Shown in pieces: positions 13,595-27,218 of a stretch of 64,000 bases of DNA (position 1 is the stretch's first letter; each line of letters begins with the position of its first letter). The notes under the pieces are model-generated. The model was not told the origin of the DNA. It made no database searches and saw only the letters and a list, made by a program, of their open reading frames with translations. Source of the stretch: Paraspadella gotoi. Its lineage: Eukaryota; Animalia; Chaetognatha. Where the stretch lies: positions 22,329,308-22,393,307 of the forward strand of contig CM119265.1 of the NCBI GenBank assembly GCA_051294375.1. The letters run 5' to 3'. A program made the translations under genes and the position numbers.

Positions 13595-14219
13595 GTGGAG
13601 TATAAGTACCATCTTGGAAAATGAATAAGTTGCCAAAACTTTGGACTAACTTTTGACACCTTTGATATCAAAATCGTAAAAAAAAATTATATATCTGAAA
13701 AATTTGGCTTTTTGTAATTTGAATGAGCTATTGTTTGGTAAAATGTAATTAAAAACACAGGTATGAGGTTCAAATGAAAAGAAGGATGTTAAGAAGAATC
13801 TGGTTTTCTCAATTTTTATTACAATTTTTTATAAACAATCATTTATTATATTATGATAATATTTTTATATATATAATTGTATTTAAACTTAATATAACCT
13901 TTGGGGGGTCCATCTATGATATTTCATTATAGTATGAAGCTATATTATATTAATAAATATTTATTTTTATACAGAAAATCAATTTAATATTAAAAAACTT
14001 TATTTTAAAGCAAATTTTTCATATGTACCTTTTTTTTTTATTCCTCACTCTAGTATTTCTAACCATATTAAGCTCGAAATAGATTCATTTGAATCAGAAA
14101 AAGCTTTTATTTTTAATTATATATTTTTTTTTATCTTTCAATGAGAAACTACGAAAGTTACTGAAACTATAAAACGTTTTGGAGAGTTAAATTTATTTTC
14201 CAAGATAGTAGTACCCCAC
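13595..14219. mobile_element. Older, diverged fold-back/MITE-like element
   Basis: Left end gtggagtataagtaccatcttggaaaatgaataa..ccaaaac pairs with right end gttttgg..tttattttccaagatagtagtaccccac. Inner arms are only partly alignable and no clear TSD was seen. Confidence 0.6.
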
Positions 14220-14623
14220 AAAAAAGTTAGGTTGAAAGGCAAAAAGGTAGCATTATCCATTGATAGATGGAAGGTTTGTTGACCTTGAAAGACCCCCAAA
14301 GGGACCGGGGGGGGGTTTGGATGAGAACTCCCTGGAGGAACGACTTCTGGGGTCGTGTTTATAAAGTGAAACCGGGTTAGGGTGAGAGCGAGATGAGGGT
14401 GAAGCAAAGGGTTGGTTGGTAAAATGTGAGTTTTTTCAAAAAACCACAGATTTCCCAAGGGAACGCAAACGGTGAGCGAAAGTCGGTACATGACCCTCGG
14501 ACGGCAATGCGATACTAGATGGTCGTCGTTGTCGTTGTTGTCGTTTTCGTCGTCGTTATCGTCATCTTTTCTACGAAACTTATACATAGTATAAGTGGGT
14601 CTTTCAAGAAATTATTATTTTGA

Positions 14624-14653
14624 TCATCATTATCCTTATCATCATCATTATTG

Positions 14654-14687
<34 letters not shown>

Positions 14688-14688
14688 T

Positions 14689-14743
<55 letters not shown>
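14624..14743. repeat. (CAT)n trinucleotide microsatellite grading into (CGT)n
   Basis: Read directly; source of the spurious poly-H/I/M ORFs. Confidence 0.95.
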
Positions 14744-14745
<2 letters not shown>

Positions 14746-15682
14746 GTCGTCGTCGTCGTAGCCATGATCATCATTAATTTCTCATCAAAATCCTCTTTTT
14801 CTCTTTTCCTCACGAAATTGCGATGCGGTTTTTTTCTCTTCTATTGAGGAGAAAAAAAAGGAAAAAAATCCATTAAGGAGCGATAAGATTTTTTTTTCAA
14901 AAAGAAAAAAAGAAATAAAGACTGAATAAAGAATGAGTGAAGAACGAATAGAATTTTCTTCGCTGCGCAATCATTGATATGCGGTTAGAGCATAAGAAGT
15001 ATTTGAGGTGGACAGTCATTGATTGATAGACGTTTGGCTAAGAGCAGTTATTGAAGAATAGTTTGTCAAGTGTGGCCTGTGGCCGTTAATTTTCAGACAA
15101 ATGTTGTGAGTATTACACATTGGGACAGTAGTTTATAAGCAGTAAGAATATTATATTTAGTGAAGGGGGGAAGAAAAAAATATAAAATGAAAAGAAAATG
15201 GGATTTTGTATTCGACTTAGAAATTGAATTCTAGAGAAAACCCAAATTTAATCCGTTTCTATGGATGGACCCCATACTACACTCCGACTGACTAAAACTA
15301 AATCGATAATTCGTAGTGTAGCATGTTTTACAATGAGTGTACTATATTATTAATTAATATATTAATGCAGATAATTGTGAGAGAATTCCGTTGCGAAGTT
15401 GATCTAAGGAAGAAATAGAGTCCGACCAGTGGTGCTTTGACGATTCGAAAAAATTAAAAGTAAAAAGTAAAAGAAGTAAAAATATATCGAGTGATTGATT
15501 CCCTCGTTTAAGTTTCTCTGCGATTGATGTCCGATTTTGTTGTCTCAAGTGATTGATTCCCAATTCTGTTTTCTTCATGCGTCTGAGCGACTGATAAGTT
15601 TTCGCGTTTTTATCGATTTAGTTTCATTTTTTTAGAATTTAGTGAAATTGTCATTTTTTGCTTCATCTCTTTCTCTCTCCTT

Positions 15683-15713
<31 letters not shown>

Positions 15714-15800
15714 TCCTCTCTCTCTCTCTCTCCCAACCGACCGACCATACCGATCGAGATCCACGACCGACGACACGACTCACCTCCAGACGCACGAATC

Positions 15801-15867
15801 AACCAATCCTCCCACTCTGACGTCTGAATGACGTCAACGACTCGCGGACGGAAGTTGAAGGCGGAAG
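15801..15867. promoter_or_regulatory. Candidate intronic cis-regulatory cluster (CCAAT, CRE and half-CRE, ETS-like)
   Basis: CCAAT 15803-15807, TGACGTCT 15818-15825, TGACGTCA 15829-15836, CGGAAGT 15849-15855, GCGGAAG 15861-15867. Motif matches only. Confidence 0.3.
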
Positions 15868-16952
15868 AAGAGGGCGTTGGGGGGAGGAGGGGGTTGGGTG
15901 AAAAAGGTTAAGGGGACTGTGAGTGTGAAGACGCGTTGGTGAGTCGAAGGCTCTTGAGTGGCGAGAAGGTTAAAAGGGCAGGAGGAAACAAAATGGAGGA
16001 AGGAGGTAGAAATCTTGAGAGCGAATTAAGGTGAAGGAAAAAAAAGGAAAAAATAGAAAGACGAAGAGATTGAGGCGGTGAAATTGAATAGAAGGGGACA
16101 AGAGGTAAAGAAAAGAGGATTTAAAATGAAAAAAAGAGCTTATAAAAAAAAGAAACAAAAAGAAAATAAAATATATCCAAAAAAAAAAAAAACAGATTAA
16201 AAGAGCGGGCAACCTTTTTTATATTTCGATCATGTTGTTTCCCCCAACGAAAACTTTAAAAAAACAATTTTGCCATTTTAACGTTTTTAACATTTTAAAT
16301 ACATTTTTTTCACCAGTTTTAAGTCGCCCTTTTTCTCGTGAAACCATATTTCACGACGCTGTCACCTTTTTTTTTCTGGTCGAGTCACGTTCGCTTCTCG
16401 GAATATAAAGTCGAAAAAAGGTGAAAGGATGAAAAAAGGTCAAAGGAGGAAAGAGATATGAAAAAGGGGAGGAAAGGAAAAGGAAAGGAGGAAAGAGGAA
16501 AGAAAAAGGAAATAAAAGAATAAAAATAAAAGGGAGGAAAACCGATCGAAGGTGAGAAATGCCCTGTCACGGTCGCGGACATCAAAAACGACGACGAAGA
16601 CGACGACGAAGACGACGACGACGACAACGGTTCAAAGACCAAGAAGATGCAAGAAAAAAATCGAACAACAGCAACGAGAAAACGGCATTCAGATCGAGTG
16701 AATAAACATGACAGACGAAGCAAGGTGACGATTAACTCAAGGGCAATGACAAGCAAGATTAGGGGATTTAATGTCAGGCAAATGACCGACTGGTCAAGCA
16801 AAAAACTAAAAGAAGTAAAGAATGTTTTATGTTCTCTCTTCAAAGGGGAAATAATTACAATACCTTCGTGAAACGGTCGGTTGAACGTTTTAACAATGCT
16901 TTAAAACAGCAGCAAGATGCGTTGTTTAAGATAAAACAATGACGATGGGAAC

Positions 16953-17183
16953 TGTAGTCGGGCATTGCCTAGGTTCACCCCGCCTATAAGCATGACACCT
17001 TCAGTCGTGACCCGGTGGCTCATGACCACTAGGTACTGGGTTCAATCCCAACCTTCTACCTACCCTGCGGGAAGCGTGAGGACGGTTGAGGATGGTTCCT
17101 TGCCCAGGGACCCGTTCCATGGCTGCTGGAGGGGGTTATAGAAGTTACGGACAGTCATCTTCAGCCCACGTCGCGCCTTATCC
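16953..17183 (+). repeat. Dispersed repeat family A (SINE-like, unclassified), copy 1
   Basis: tgtagtcgggcattgcct..ggttcaccccgcctataagcatgac..gtcgtgacccggtggctcat..gggacccgttccatggctg..cttcagccca..gcgccttatcc; homologous to the other family A copies. Strand is assigned arbitrarily relative to this copy. Confidence 0.85.
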
Positions 17184-18194
17184 ACAGAACTACAACTACG
17201 ACGACGACGACGAATAAAACGAAGCGTGAAGATAAAAATAAAGAAGATAAGAAAGTCGTTGGTAACGACGATGGCGACGAGAATGTGGACGAAAGATGAC
17301 GATGATGAAGACGACGATGAAGACGACGAGGTGTCAATACTTAGATAAGAGAAGGAAGGCGATGGTAATGACCTTGACAACGATCCCCAACCAATAAAAC
17401 TGACGATGATAAGGACAATGATAACGAAAATGACTGGAGTCGAAATATAAAAAAATATATATTATATATTCACCGAAGCGACGGAAGGAGGAAATCCCAA
17501 ATGTCAGATGAGTTCAGGTCGGGTCAACCGAGAACGAGATCGGATGAAAATTCATCGGTCAACGACCGCGCATCGGTTCAGGACGCAGGAACAAAGTGTT
17601 TCGTATGTTAGATAAAATGATAAGTTAATTAATAAGCTTATGTTATTGCTATAAAATGTAATAATACACAGGAGAACAAGTAACTTTGCCATTTTCATAT
17701 TTTAAGATTAAGATGACAAAATTTGAAACGTTTGAAAAAAAAATAGTCCGGTGTTGCATGCCATTTTTTTTTATAAAAAGACAACAATGGCTTCCCCTTC
17801 CCAAATTGAGTAATTAGATATAATGATAAGTAAAATTTTTTTTTAAGAAAGAAAGCAATATATATTTGTTTAAATAATAAGGATTAAATACTAAATCAGT
17901 CATAAAATATAGAAATAGAAAATAGTGAAACAAGTAAATTGCAAATTTTCATATATATGGATAAAAGGAATTATGACAAATAAAATGTCAGTAATGTCAA
18001 ACCAAAGTTGTCATCATCGCCGAGATGATCACCGAAAGAAAAAGAAACTCGTTTTGATCAAACGAGGTTCTTATCATTAATCCCGAGTTTAAGTATTTAA
18101 TTTTCTCATTAATGAGGTTTTTCTTCTTCTTCTTTAAAAAAAAGAAAAATCCATCAAGCGAATTTGAATCTCGCCGCGCGAACTCGGGGCGTGG

Positions 18195-18225
<31 letters not shown>

Positions 18226-18226
18226 T

Positions 18227-18268
<42 letters not shown>

Positions 18269-18358
18269 GAGGTGAAGGAGAGAGGGTTTTTTTTATTTAA
18301 GTAATGGACGATGGGAGAATTAACTTCCCCCTTGAGATTCTAGATTGGAACAGGAGAG

Positions 18359-18394
<36 letters not shown>

Positions 18395-18395
18395 A

Positions 18396-18441
<46 letters not shown>

Positions 18442-19530
18442 ACGCCCTGTCAGGTCATCGGATTAAGTCGGAAGGGGACGAAGGATCGAAATCGCCTCAT
18501 CTTTTCACCGACGTCGAATTCAGAAGGAAATCAAGTTTTTTTTGTTTTTTTAAATCTTTTTTTTTTTTCATTGCTGTTGCTTTATTTTATCTGACTTTTA
18601 TTCTTTAAGCTGCATATTAAAAACATCTGTCATGCTTCTTTTATTCTTTTATTCTTTTTTTCTTTCTTTCTTTCTTTCTTTCATTTCTTTTTTTTTTTCT
18701 TTCCCCTTTTCTTTCTTTCTTTTTCTTTCTTTTTCTTTTCTTTCTTCTTTCTTTTTCTCTTTTCTTCTTTTTCTTTTTCTCTTTCTTTTCTTTCTTTTTC
18801 TCTTTCTTTTCTTCTTTCTATTTCTTTTCTTTTTTCTTTCTTTTTTTTCCTTTCTTTCTTTTTTTTTCTTTCTTTCTTTTTTTCTTTCTTTTCTTTTTCT
18901 TTTTTTCTTTCTTTCTTTCTTTCTTTCTTTTCTTTGCTTTTCTTTTTTCCTCTTTCATATCCTTTCATTGTTATTTCCACTATCATTCTTGGCTTCTTTC
19001 CCTTCCTTCGTCGCCAAATCAATTAAATCTCATTTTTCAAACGTCTTTTTATTTTTTTTTTTAGTTCAAATTAAAAACAAAAGTCGATGGTTTTTCGAGA
19101 AGCAAAACTTGTTTCTGTCAAAATTCCGTCCGACTCATTTACTTTTTTTGATAAAGTAAACAAAATTTTTTCCAAACAGATGTAAACAGATAAAAGTCGT
19201 TTTCGGTTATCAGTTATACCGTCAATCCATTTCATCTCAGTAAAACTTAATAACTCGGTGATTTAATTGGTAATCTCTCGAATCTACGACAGACAGTAAT
19301 CTCGTTCAAAATCAAAAAATTGATTAAACTCCTACGTCATCAAAGTCCGCTGCTGCCGTTTCAACCTCCGCCGCATTCCGCCGCAATCAGTCGCAGCGGC
19401 AGCAGCAACCGTTACCGCCGCAGCCTAAAACGCTTTCGTCATTCGTCATTCGTCGTCATCGTCGAAAGAAACCAAATTTCCTCTCATCTCTTTTTTTTTT
19501 TACTTGATTTTCGTTTTCCTTCTTATTTTC

Positions 19531-19720
19531 TTTCTCGCTCCATCTTTCTATTCTCTCTTGCATTTCCTCATTTCTTTCTTTCGTCTTTTATTTTCTTTCT
19601 CGCTCCATCTTTCTATTCTCTCTTGCATTTCCTAATTTCTTTCTTTCGTCTTTTTATTTTCTTTCTCGCTCCATCTTTCTATTCTCTCTTGCATTTCCTC
19701 ATTTCTTTCTTTCGTCTTTC
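19531..19720. repeat. About 65-bp pyrimidine-rich minisatellite, 3 copies
   Basis: tttctcgctccatctttctattctctcttgcatttcct starts at 19531, 19596 and 19662. Confidence 0.9.
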
Positions 19721-19999
19721 TGCCTCTCTCCTGTTCTACTTCTCTATCCCGTCTCACTTCCTACCTCTCTCCCTTTCTTCCTCGCTTCCTTTCTTACTTC
19801 CTACCTCTCTCCTGTTCTTCTTCTCTATCCCGTCTCACTTCCTACCTCTCTCTTGTTTTTCCTCTCTAACTTCCTATCTCTCTCCTCCTCTTCCTCTCTT
19901 CCTCTCTCACTCCTCTCTCCTTCCTCTTCGACTCCAACCAAATGACTGATCGAATGACCGACTTAAAAATTCCTCGACGCCTCGCAGCCACGGGCGCCA

Positions 20000-20059
<60 letters not shown>

Positions 20060-20578
20060 CTTCGCACCATAAACCGCATTTCAGACATCATTTCCTTGTT
20101 CTTAGAGTCTTTAAGTTTCCTTCTCTCTTTCAATTTCTTTTCAATGTTTTTCTTTTCAACCTTGAAGGAAAAATAATTTTTTTAGAAGGAATTTAAAATT
20201 TGAACCAAAGTTTTATTTTTCGTTGTATCTTTTTTTTTCGTTTATTTCCTCTACATTTTTTTAAAGTTCTTTATTTATTTTTAAATATTTAAATAGTTTT
20301 CTCTGTGTTTAATTTCCTTTTTTTTTTATCATTCGCTCTTTGCTTTTCATTAATTTCTTTTACCTTTGTTCCTAAGTTCTTCTTTTTTATTTTCTTTTAT
20401 TTTTAAAAACTTTTTATTCACCTTCACATTTTGCACTTTTTCCATTTATACTTATCTTATTTCTCCTCTTTATTTCCTTTCCTCCCCTTTTCTTTTTTTC
20501 CTCTCCGTTTCTTCCTTCACCGCAATATTTTTCACGATGATTTAAGCTTCGATTCGATTTCCTCATTTTTCCATCTCA

Positions 20579-20850
20579 TTTTTAGTTGCGCCGCGAGTAC
20601 TCGCAGAGCAACTCTATAAGTCACTTTTCGGTCGGTCGGTCGGTCGGTCGATCTGTCCGTCCATCAGTATGTCTGCACGTCGGTCTGTCTCACTTATGTT
20701 AAAAATGCTCATAGCTTGCATATAGTTGGTTTCTCTTTTGTTAAGACAGGAAAAAACCTCAATTCTAAGGGACTGCTAGCGCCGCCTTTAGGAAATAAAA
20801 GACAATAGACAAAAGACAAAATTCCAAAGCAGTACTTGTCATAAATACAC
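20579..20850 (+). mobile_element. DINE-1/Helentron-associated (HINE-like) non-autonomous element, copy 2
   Basis: tttttagttgcgccgcgagtactcgcagagcaactctataagtcacttttcggtcggtcggtcgg.., with a nested hairpin (agttgc/gcaact around gcgagtactcgc). Inverse homologue of 9435-9676. Confidence 0.62.
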
Positions 20851-21674
20851 GGGCTAAGAAAGTTATTGAAGCCATGTAGTCATATCATGTCACGTCGTCA
20901 TGTCATCTAAATGTCATATCATATCACAAGAAACAAACGTGATAAAGCAGTCTCTGCGGCGCAACATATTTGAATTACCGTTCTTGTTTTTTTCTTTTTC
21001 CTTTTTTCTCTTCGGTTATTCCTCTTTTTTTTTCTGTTCCTCTTCGCCTTCCTCCTCTTTGGCCTTCTCCCTCATCTCCTCCCTCCTCTCCTCTCTCTCC
21101 CTCCGCTCCCTCTTCCTCCTCTCCTCCCTGCCCACTCCCCCCTCCACTACCGTCGAATCGCGTCCGGGCTCGTTTCCTTTTGATGGCATGATATTNNNNN
21201 NNNNNNNNNNNNNNNNNNNNNNNNNNNNNNNNNNNNNNNNNNNNNNNNNNNNNNNNNNNNNNNNNNNNNNNNNNNNNNNNNNNNNNNNNNNNNNNNNNNN
21301 NNNNNNNNNNNNNNNNNNNNNNNNNNNNNNNNNNNNNNNNNNNNNNNNNNNNNNNNNNNNNNNNNNNNNNNNNNNNNNNNNNNNNNNNNNNNNNNNNNNN
21401 NNNNNNNNNNNNNNNNNNNNNNNNNNNNNNNNNNNNNNNATTTCTGTGAACCGGTTCACTTGCTCCGTGATCACCGCGTCCTGAACTCGGAATTGAAGGT
21501 TCGAACTGAGAAGAGTCTTAAATTGACGATGACGAAATGAAATTTTTTTTCAACTTGTAATAATAGACCTTACCTTACCTTACCTTACCTTACCTTAATG
21601 CGTAGTTTAAGATTGTTGAAGCTTTTGTCGTCCCTTGGAGTTGGCCCAGGGAGTAGCACCCAATTGGCCCGGCC

Positions 21675-21747
21675 TGCACCGCTGCAGTTTGACAGGTTGG
21701 CTGCACCACTGCAGGTTGACATTTTGGTTGCACCGCTGCAGGTTGAC
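21675..21747. repeat. 27-bp minisatellite, about 3 copies, downstream of a (CCTTA)n tract at 21568-21597
   Basis: tgcaccRctgcag at 21675, 21702 and 21729. Confidence 0.8.
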
Positions 21748-22400
21748 TGCATGGCAGTAGCCACTGCAGTCGCACCTTTATCTCGGGCGTGTCAGTCTGG
21801 GGGTGCCACGTGATTTTTTTGGTTTAAATTTGATGGAAAAACCGAACTGAAGTTAACGTTGGTTTTTGGTATTTGATTGAACAGAAAATTGAATATTTTA
21901 CTAAACGAGAAAATACATCGGAAAAATATGTTTGTTTTTTTTTTTACAGTTTTTTTCAGGGTTTACCTGAAAAACCGAATTAAAAAAAATAAATATAAGA
22001 AGAAGTAAGAAAAAAAGAGAAAAGAAATGAAAAGAAAAAAAAAAGAAAAATGGCGCCGAGTTCCTTCATTTTTTTTTCCGTCGGCCTAATTTGCAAATGA
22101 AGAAGTCGCTTGAAGAAACTTCTCTCCTCCTTTAACTGGTTAGGAATCCCCGGGAAATTTATCACCGAATCGGGTGATTGATCACCGGAGAATCATCACC
22201 CGAAGGTGAGATCGATAACCCTTTTTTTGAGATCTAATCAGTGTCTCATGGTGAAAGAAACCGTGTAATTGAGAAAAACTGTGCACAATGTACTATTCAC
22301 TCTTAAAATATGACCTGAACATAACATTTACGTAACCCGTGAACGATGAACACTAAAATTTATCGACACATATTATGCATTCCTACGATCTGTGTATGAG

Positions 22401-22576
22401 GCACTTTTTCAGCTCCCTCGCCAGCAATGGAATGGGTTTTGGGCTTGAAACCAGACTTGAAGTCGCTTTACGGTTCTCCTCGCGACACCTGGTGGTCGTA
22501 AATTCAATAAGACACCGGGTCACGACTGAGGGAACGAAGTCTATCGATTTGGTGAATGTTGGCAATGCCCGCTACA
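22401..22576 (-). repeat. Dispersed repeat family A, diverged copy
   Basis: gcaatggaatgggttttgggcttg..caccgggtcacgactga..ggtgaa..ggcaatgcccgctaca matches the reverse complement of copy 1. Confidence 0.7.
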
Positions 22577-22768
22577 GATCTACCATTTCAAACGAATCAC
22601 CCGATGGTTCGAAGCGTCGCTTGAAAAGAATCACACTGCAGTGAGATCCATCACTCTTGACTCTTAAACCTCGCGGGAGAAATTGAGACAGATCATTCTC
22701 TCGTTTCGTCCCTCAAGACTTAAACCCTAAAAACGAAGATCGAAACAAAAGAGCAACGAAGCGAACAA

Positions 22769-22847
<79 letters not shown>

Positions 22848-23005
22848 CGGACCAGTCGTCTCTGAACTGGCGCACGAATCCTAGAAGACCCATGAAACAG
22901 TCATATATCAAACCCTAAAGTTGCTTTTCTTCTGCAAGACAGGGGAGAAGAAAGAAAGAGAGAAAGATAAAAAGAGACAGAAAAAGAGAAGGAGAGAGAG
23001 AGAGA

Positions 23006-23053
<48 letters not shown>

Positions 23054-23567
23054 ATCATTTTTCCTCGTTACACATCTGAAATTATCTCGGTGCTACAGGG
23101 ATTTCATAAATAAAAAAAAAACTTGATCTGAATAATTTTGAAATGAAAAAAAATTGATAATTAGGTTATTTTTTTCCAGATTAACGATGGTAAAAATCAC
23201 ATTAACCTATTTTTTTTCTGTAAGAGAATGAAACCTTAATAAAAAATCTAAAAAGAGAAAAGCGATGACGTCGCCCGTAAGAGGAGAATTTGAGGCGAAA
23301 TCCCCGGATGTGAAAGAATCGATGGAACGAGAGGTACGAAATTTGATTAGAGGAAATAGATTCCGTTAGGGGCGCGAGTCCTCATCCCCCTTAAACGATC
23401 CCATTGGTTGAGGGGCGGTCGACGCACCTTCGAAGGTGGTTGGTTGGATGGTTGGATGGTGAACTCGATTGGTAGACAAGATTCGTGGATGGCGCTCAAT
23501 TATGATTCATGATTATCTGGGGGTTAGTGATTTTCTTTCATAAATACGAATATATATCTGTGGTCAT

Positions 23568-23657
23568 GAGCTGATGGCATTACTCAATGAGCCACCGGTC
23601 ACAACTGAAAGAGTCATGCTTATAGGCGGGGTGAACCTCAGGCAATGCCCGACTACA
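23568..23657 (-). repeat. Dispersed repeat family A, partial copy
   Basis: gagctgatggcattactcaatgagccaccggtcacaactgaaagagtcatgcttataggcggggtgaacctcaggcaatgcccgactaca. Confidence 0.85.
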
Positions 23658-23674
23658 TATCTTTACGATTCGAT

Positions 23675-24300
23675 TGGGTTTTATATGTGTTTTATTCGTT
23701 TACAACAATTAGTTGAAAACAGTACATTCAAAAGGGCATACAGCATTACAGATAACGCATAAATTGTACAGTTTACAATTCAACAAAATATAATAATTTA
23801 AATTAACAGAACGAAAAAAGAAAAAAATCAACAATAAGCTGACAAGATTTTTAGAATATTGTTTCTAGAGGAAAAAAGCTGGATTCAAAGTTTTTTGATC
23901 TACAAGCAAAAAATTTATAGATATCATTATATCCAAATGAGGACCTTAATATCGTACACTCTCCATCTATTCCTACCAAAATTTTTCTAATGCCATCATT
24001 TATTGCTACATTTACTTTGGTCATATCTTTTGCAAGATACTCTTTCACTTCACTTCCGTAGTAAGTATTGTGACACAATTGGTGTAGTACAAACGCATTA
24101 AAACTTTCTTCTGAGGTTTATATAAGGAATTAAGGAGACAATTGCTTAGAGCGGTAGAAAGAGGATAACTCAGATAGATGGGTCAAAGACAAATGCTTTT
24201 TCATTACTAAGATTAAAACCGAGATATTTCCATCGGTCTACGAATTCAATGATATTTCCTTTAATTAGTAAAGAATCTTTGTTGATACTTATAGATAGTT
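23675..24300 (-). mobile_element. 5'-truncated, frameshifted non-LTR retrotransposon (LINE) 3' fragment: end of RT and thumb region, possibly RTE-X/Proto2-like
   Basis: Minus strand translates, across small frameshifts, as IKGNIIEFVDRWKYLGFNL..SFYRS.NCLLNSLYKP..VLMRLYYTNCVTIL.YGSEV..KVNVAINDGIRKI. KYLG and IL.YG.E are typical non-LTR motifs. There is an AATAAA on the minus strand near 23691-23696. The clade is a guess. Confidence 0.75.
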
Positions 24301-24348
24301 CTGATTTAAAAAAAAAAAGAAAAGAAATGTGAGTAGCATAACGAGAAA

Positions 24349-24565
24349 TATAAGCTTGTAACCTTCACTCGTGACCCGGTGGCTCATTAAGTAATTCCAT
24401 CGGCATCGATCCCCATTGGTACCTCTCCTGCGGGAAGCGTGGGGATGGCCGTAAATCGCCTTGGGGGCCTGAAAACCCTCAAGCCTGGTTTCAATCCCAG
24501 GACCCGTTCCATGGCTGAGTTAAAGAAGTTGCGGATAGCACTCTTCAGCCCAATTTGCACATTCC
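24349..24565 (+). repeat. Dispersed repeat family A copy
   Basis: tcgtgacccggtggctcatt..cctgcgggaagcgtg..gaaaaccctcaa..cccaggacccgttccatggctg..ttaaagaagttgcggatagcactcttcagccca. Confidence 0.85.
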
Positions 24566-25304
24566 AGCTGTCGCCATCCGATCAAATAGTTTCATACACC
24601 AACTCGATCAAACGAATTAATTTCGAGTGAACTCTCACGTTCACACGCCTTTTTCGATCACTCCTGCTCCGTCTCATGCTCAGTGCTCAAACTTCCCCAC
24701 ACATGTACGCAGCCCCCCCCACACACACAGAAAGGTTCCCACTTTCCCTCCGAGTGAAATTTCCTTCCGCACTTCAATTTCGCGCCAAAACTGGCGGCTT
24801 CTCTTTCCTCAAAATGGCGTCGAGATTTCGAGATTATTTTCTTCTTTCTCTAAATTATTTCTTTATAAAGCCTTATTCATTTTTTTAAAATTCTACCTCG
24901 TCACCTTGTCCATTAATTTTAAATAAAAGTAGAGCCTATACTATCTCACAGTTATTTGGAAAAAATATCATTTCAAAGAGCGTTTACTTCTTTATCTTTC
25001 CTTGCCATTTGCTTTAGCGGTGGATCATACGAAAAAAATTTGAAAAAACACAAATAGTGGAATTTGCAAATTGATACTTTGTTCATAACCGTTATCTTTC
25101 ACTCTATTTTAAAAGAATCATTTGGTGATCAGTAATCAGTAATCTTACTGGATAAAAAAACAAAATATAAGCATAAAAATACAATAGAAATATAAAAAAA
25201 ATCAATTTTTAATCTTTACCCAGGAAGATTGGGGAATTGGGGAAAATACGAAATCAGAGAGACGAAAAGAGAGAATCGAGGTGGAGATGAATGGCGACCA
25301 TTAA

Positions 25305-25376
<72 letters not shown>

Positions 25377-25525
25377 CTCTCTCTCATTTCAGCGCCTCCC
25401 GCCAAACGCTCTCCATTTTTTCCTGGCATTTGTGCCCTCCTCGTTTTTCTCCATTATCTTATTGTCTTTCCAATCTTCTCTTTTACTATCTCCTAGTTTT
25501 TTTATCGTCTCGTGCCTCGTCTTCT

Positions 25526-25568
<43 letters not shown>

Positions 25569-26158
25569 TGAACAACAAAACCGATTTCGTCGTCATGCGT
25601 TCTCTGACTCCGCCGTCTTTAAAACGAAAATAGAACTTGTGGAAAACAGAAGAAAGTAATACAAACAGAAAAACAAAAAACTCAGTTTTAGTAAAACGAT
25701 TAACATGGTTCGATGGCTCACGACGGATAAGCTGAAATGTATTATCTTTTTAATAGTAGTATCTATAGCATCTATTCATATATATGCGTTTAGTAATTGT
25801 GAAAAATTTATCAACTGTCAGACTGACTAAAAAGATTCATATTGAGCCGAGTAAGTCTGCTTTTTTAGAGACTAAAGAAATACGCTAATTTTTCCATTTT
25901 TAAGCAGTTTTTGAAAAGTTGGCAGTAATTGTTTTTTTAATATTAGGAATATTGTAAAAAATCTGGTCATGGGTGAGAACACTGAGAGGCATTTTAAACA
26001 CAACTACTAAGCGAGATCAAGAACTTTAAATTTTCTGGCTCGGTCTACTGAACCTAGATTCTAGTTTCTTGGCTAGAAAGTCATACAGAGAGAAACATAG
26101 AGAGAGATATATATATATCTGCATAATTATATATAAATATTTCATACATTCTTTTTAA

Positions 26159-26566
<408 letters not shown>

Positions 26567-26630
26567 TAGCTTTTCTGGACGAGTTTGTTTTTAATGACTT
26601 GGTTTGAGGGAGAATAGAATTGATTCCGAA

Positions 26631-26705
<75 letters not shown>

Positions 26706-26753
26706 AGAAATATTGAAAGATCGTTAACGGGTTGATTGGATTTTATCAGCTGG

Positions 26754-26784
<31 letters not shown>

Positions 26785-26984
26785 AGAGAGAGAGAGGAGA
26801 GAGAGAGAGAGGAAAGCAAGAAATATTGAAGATCGTTAACGGCGTTGATTGATTTTTATCAGCTCGGAAAATTAAAAATAATAAATACTCGTAAAAATAA
26901 AAATTAAACTTCAAACGTCAGTCACGCATAGCATCTATTTCAATTAAAAGTGTGAGTACTTCCACTTGGTGGTTGTGGGAATAT

Positions 26985-27218
26985 GGATAAGGCGCTAAGT
27001 GGGTTGAAGTCTCTTCAATGAAGAGTGCCATCCGCAACTTCTTTAACCCCTCGAGCAGCCATGGAACGGGTCCTGGGCTTGGCACCAGGTTGAGGGTTTT
27101 CCACGCCAACAAGGCAGTTGACGGTAGTCCTCACGTTTCCCGCGGGTCAGGAGCTGATGGTATTACTCAATGAGCCACCGTGTCACGACTGAAAGTGTCA
27201 TGCTTATAGGCGACTACA
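26985..27218 (-). repeat. Dispersed repeat family A copy
   Basis: ggataaggcgctaagtgggttgaag..ccatccgcaacttctttaacccc..gcagccatggaacgggtcctggg..tcacgactgaaagtgtcatgcttataggcgactaca. Confidence 0.85.

Noticed and set aside
23395-23475. ATTGG x2 plus GGGGCGG as a promoter
   Set aside because: Short common motifs with no supporting exon or TSS evidence; too weak to call.
23571-23616. Hammerhead-like ctgatg...gaaa in repeat family A
   Set aside because: The core reads CUGAUGG, not CUGANGA, and I could not build stems I-III around GAAA.
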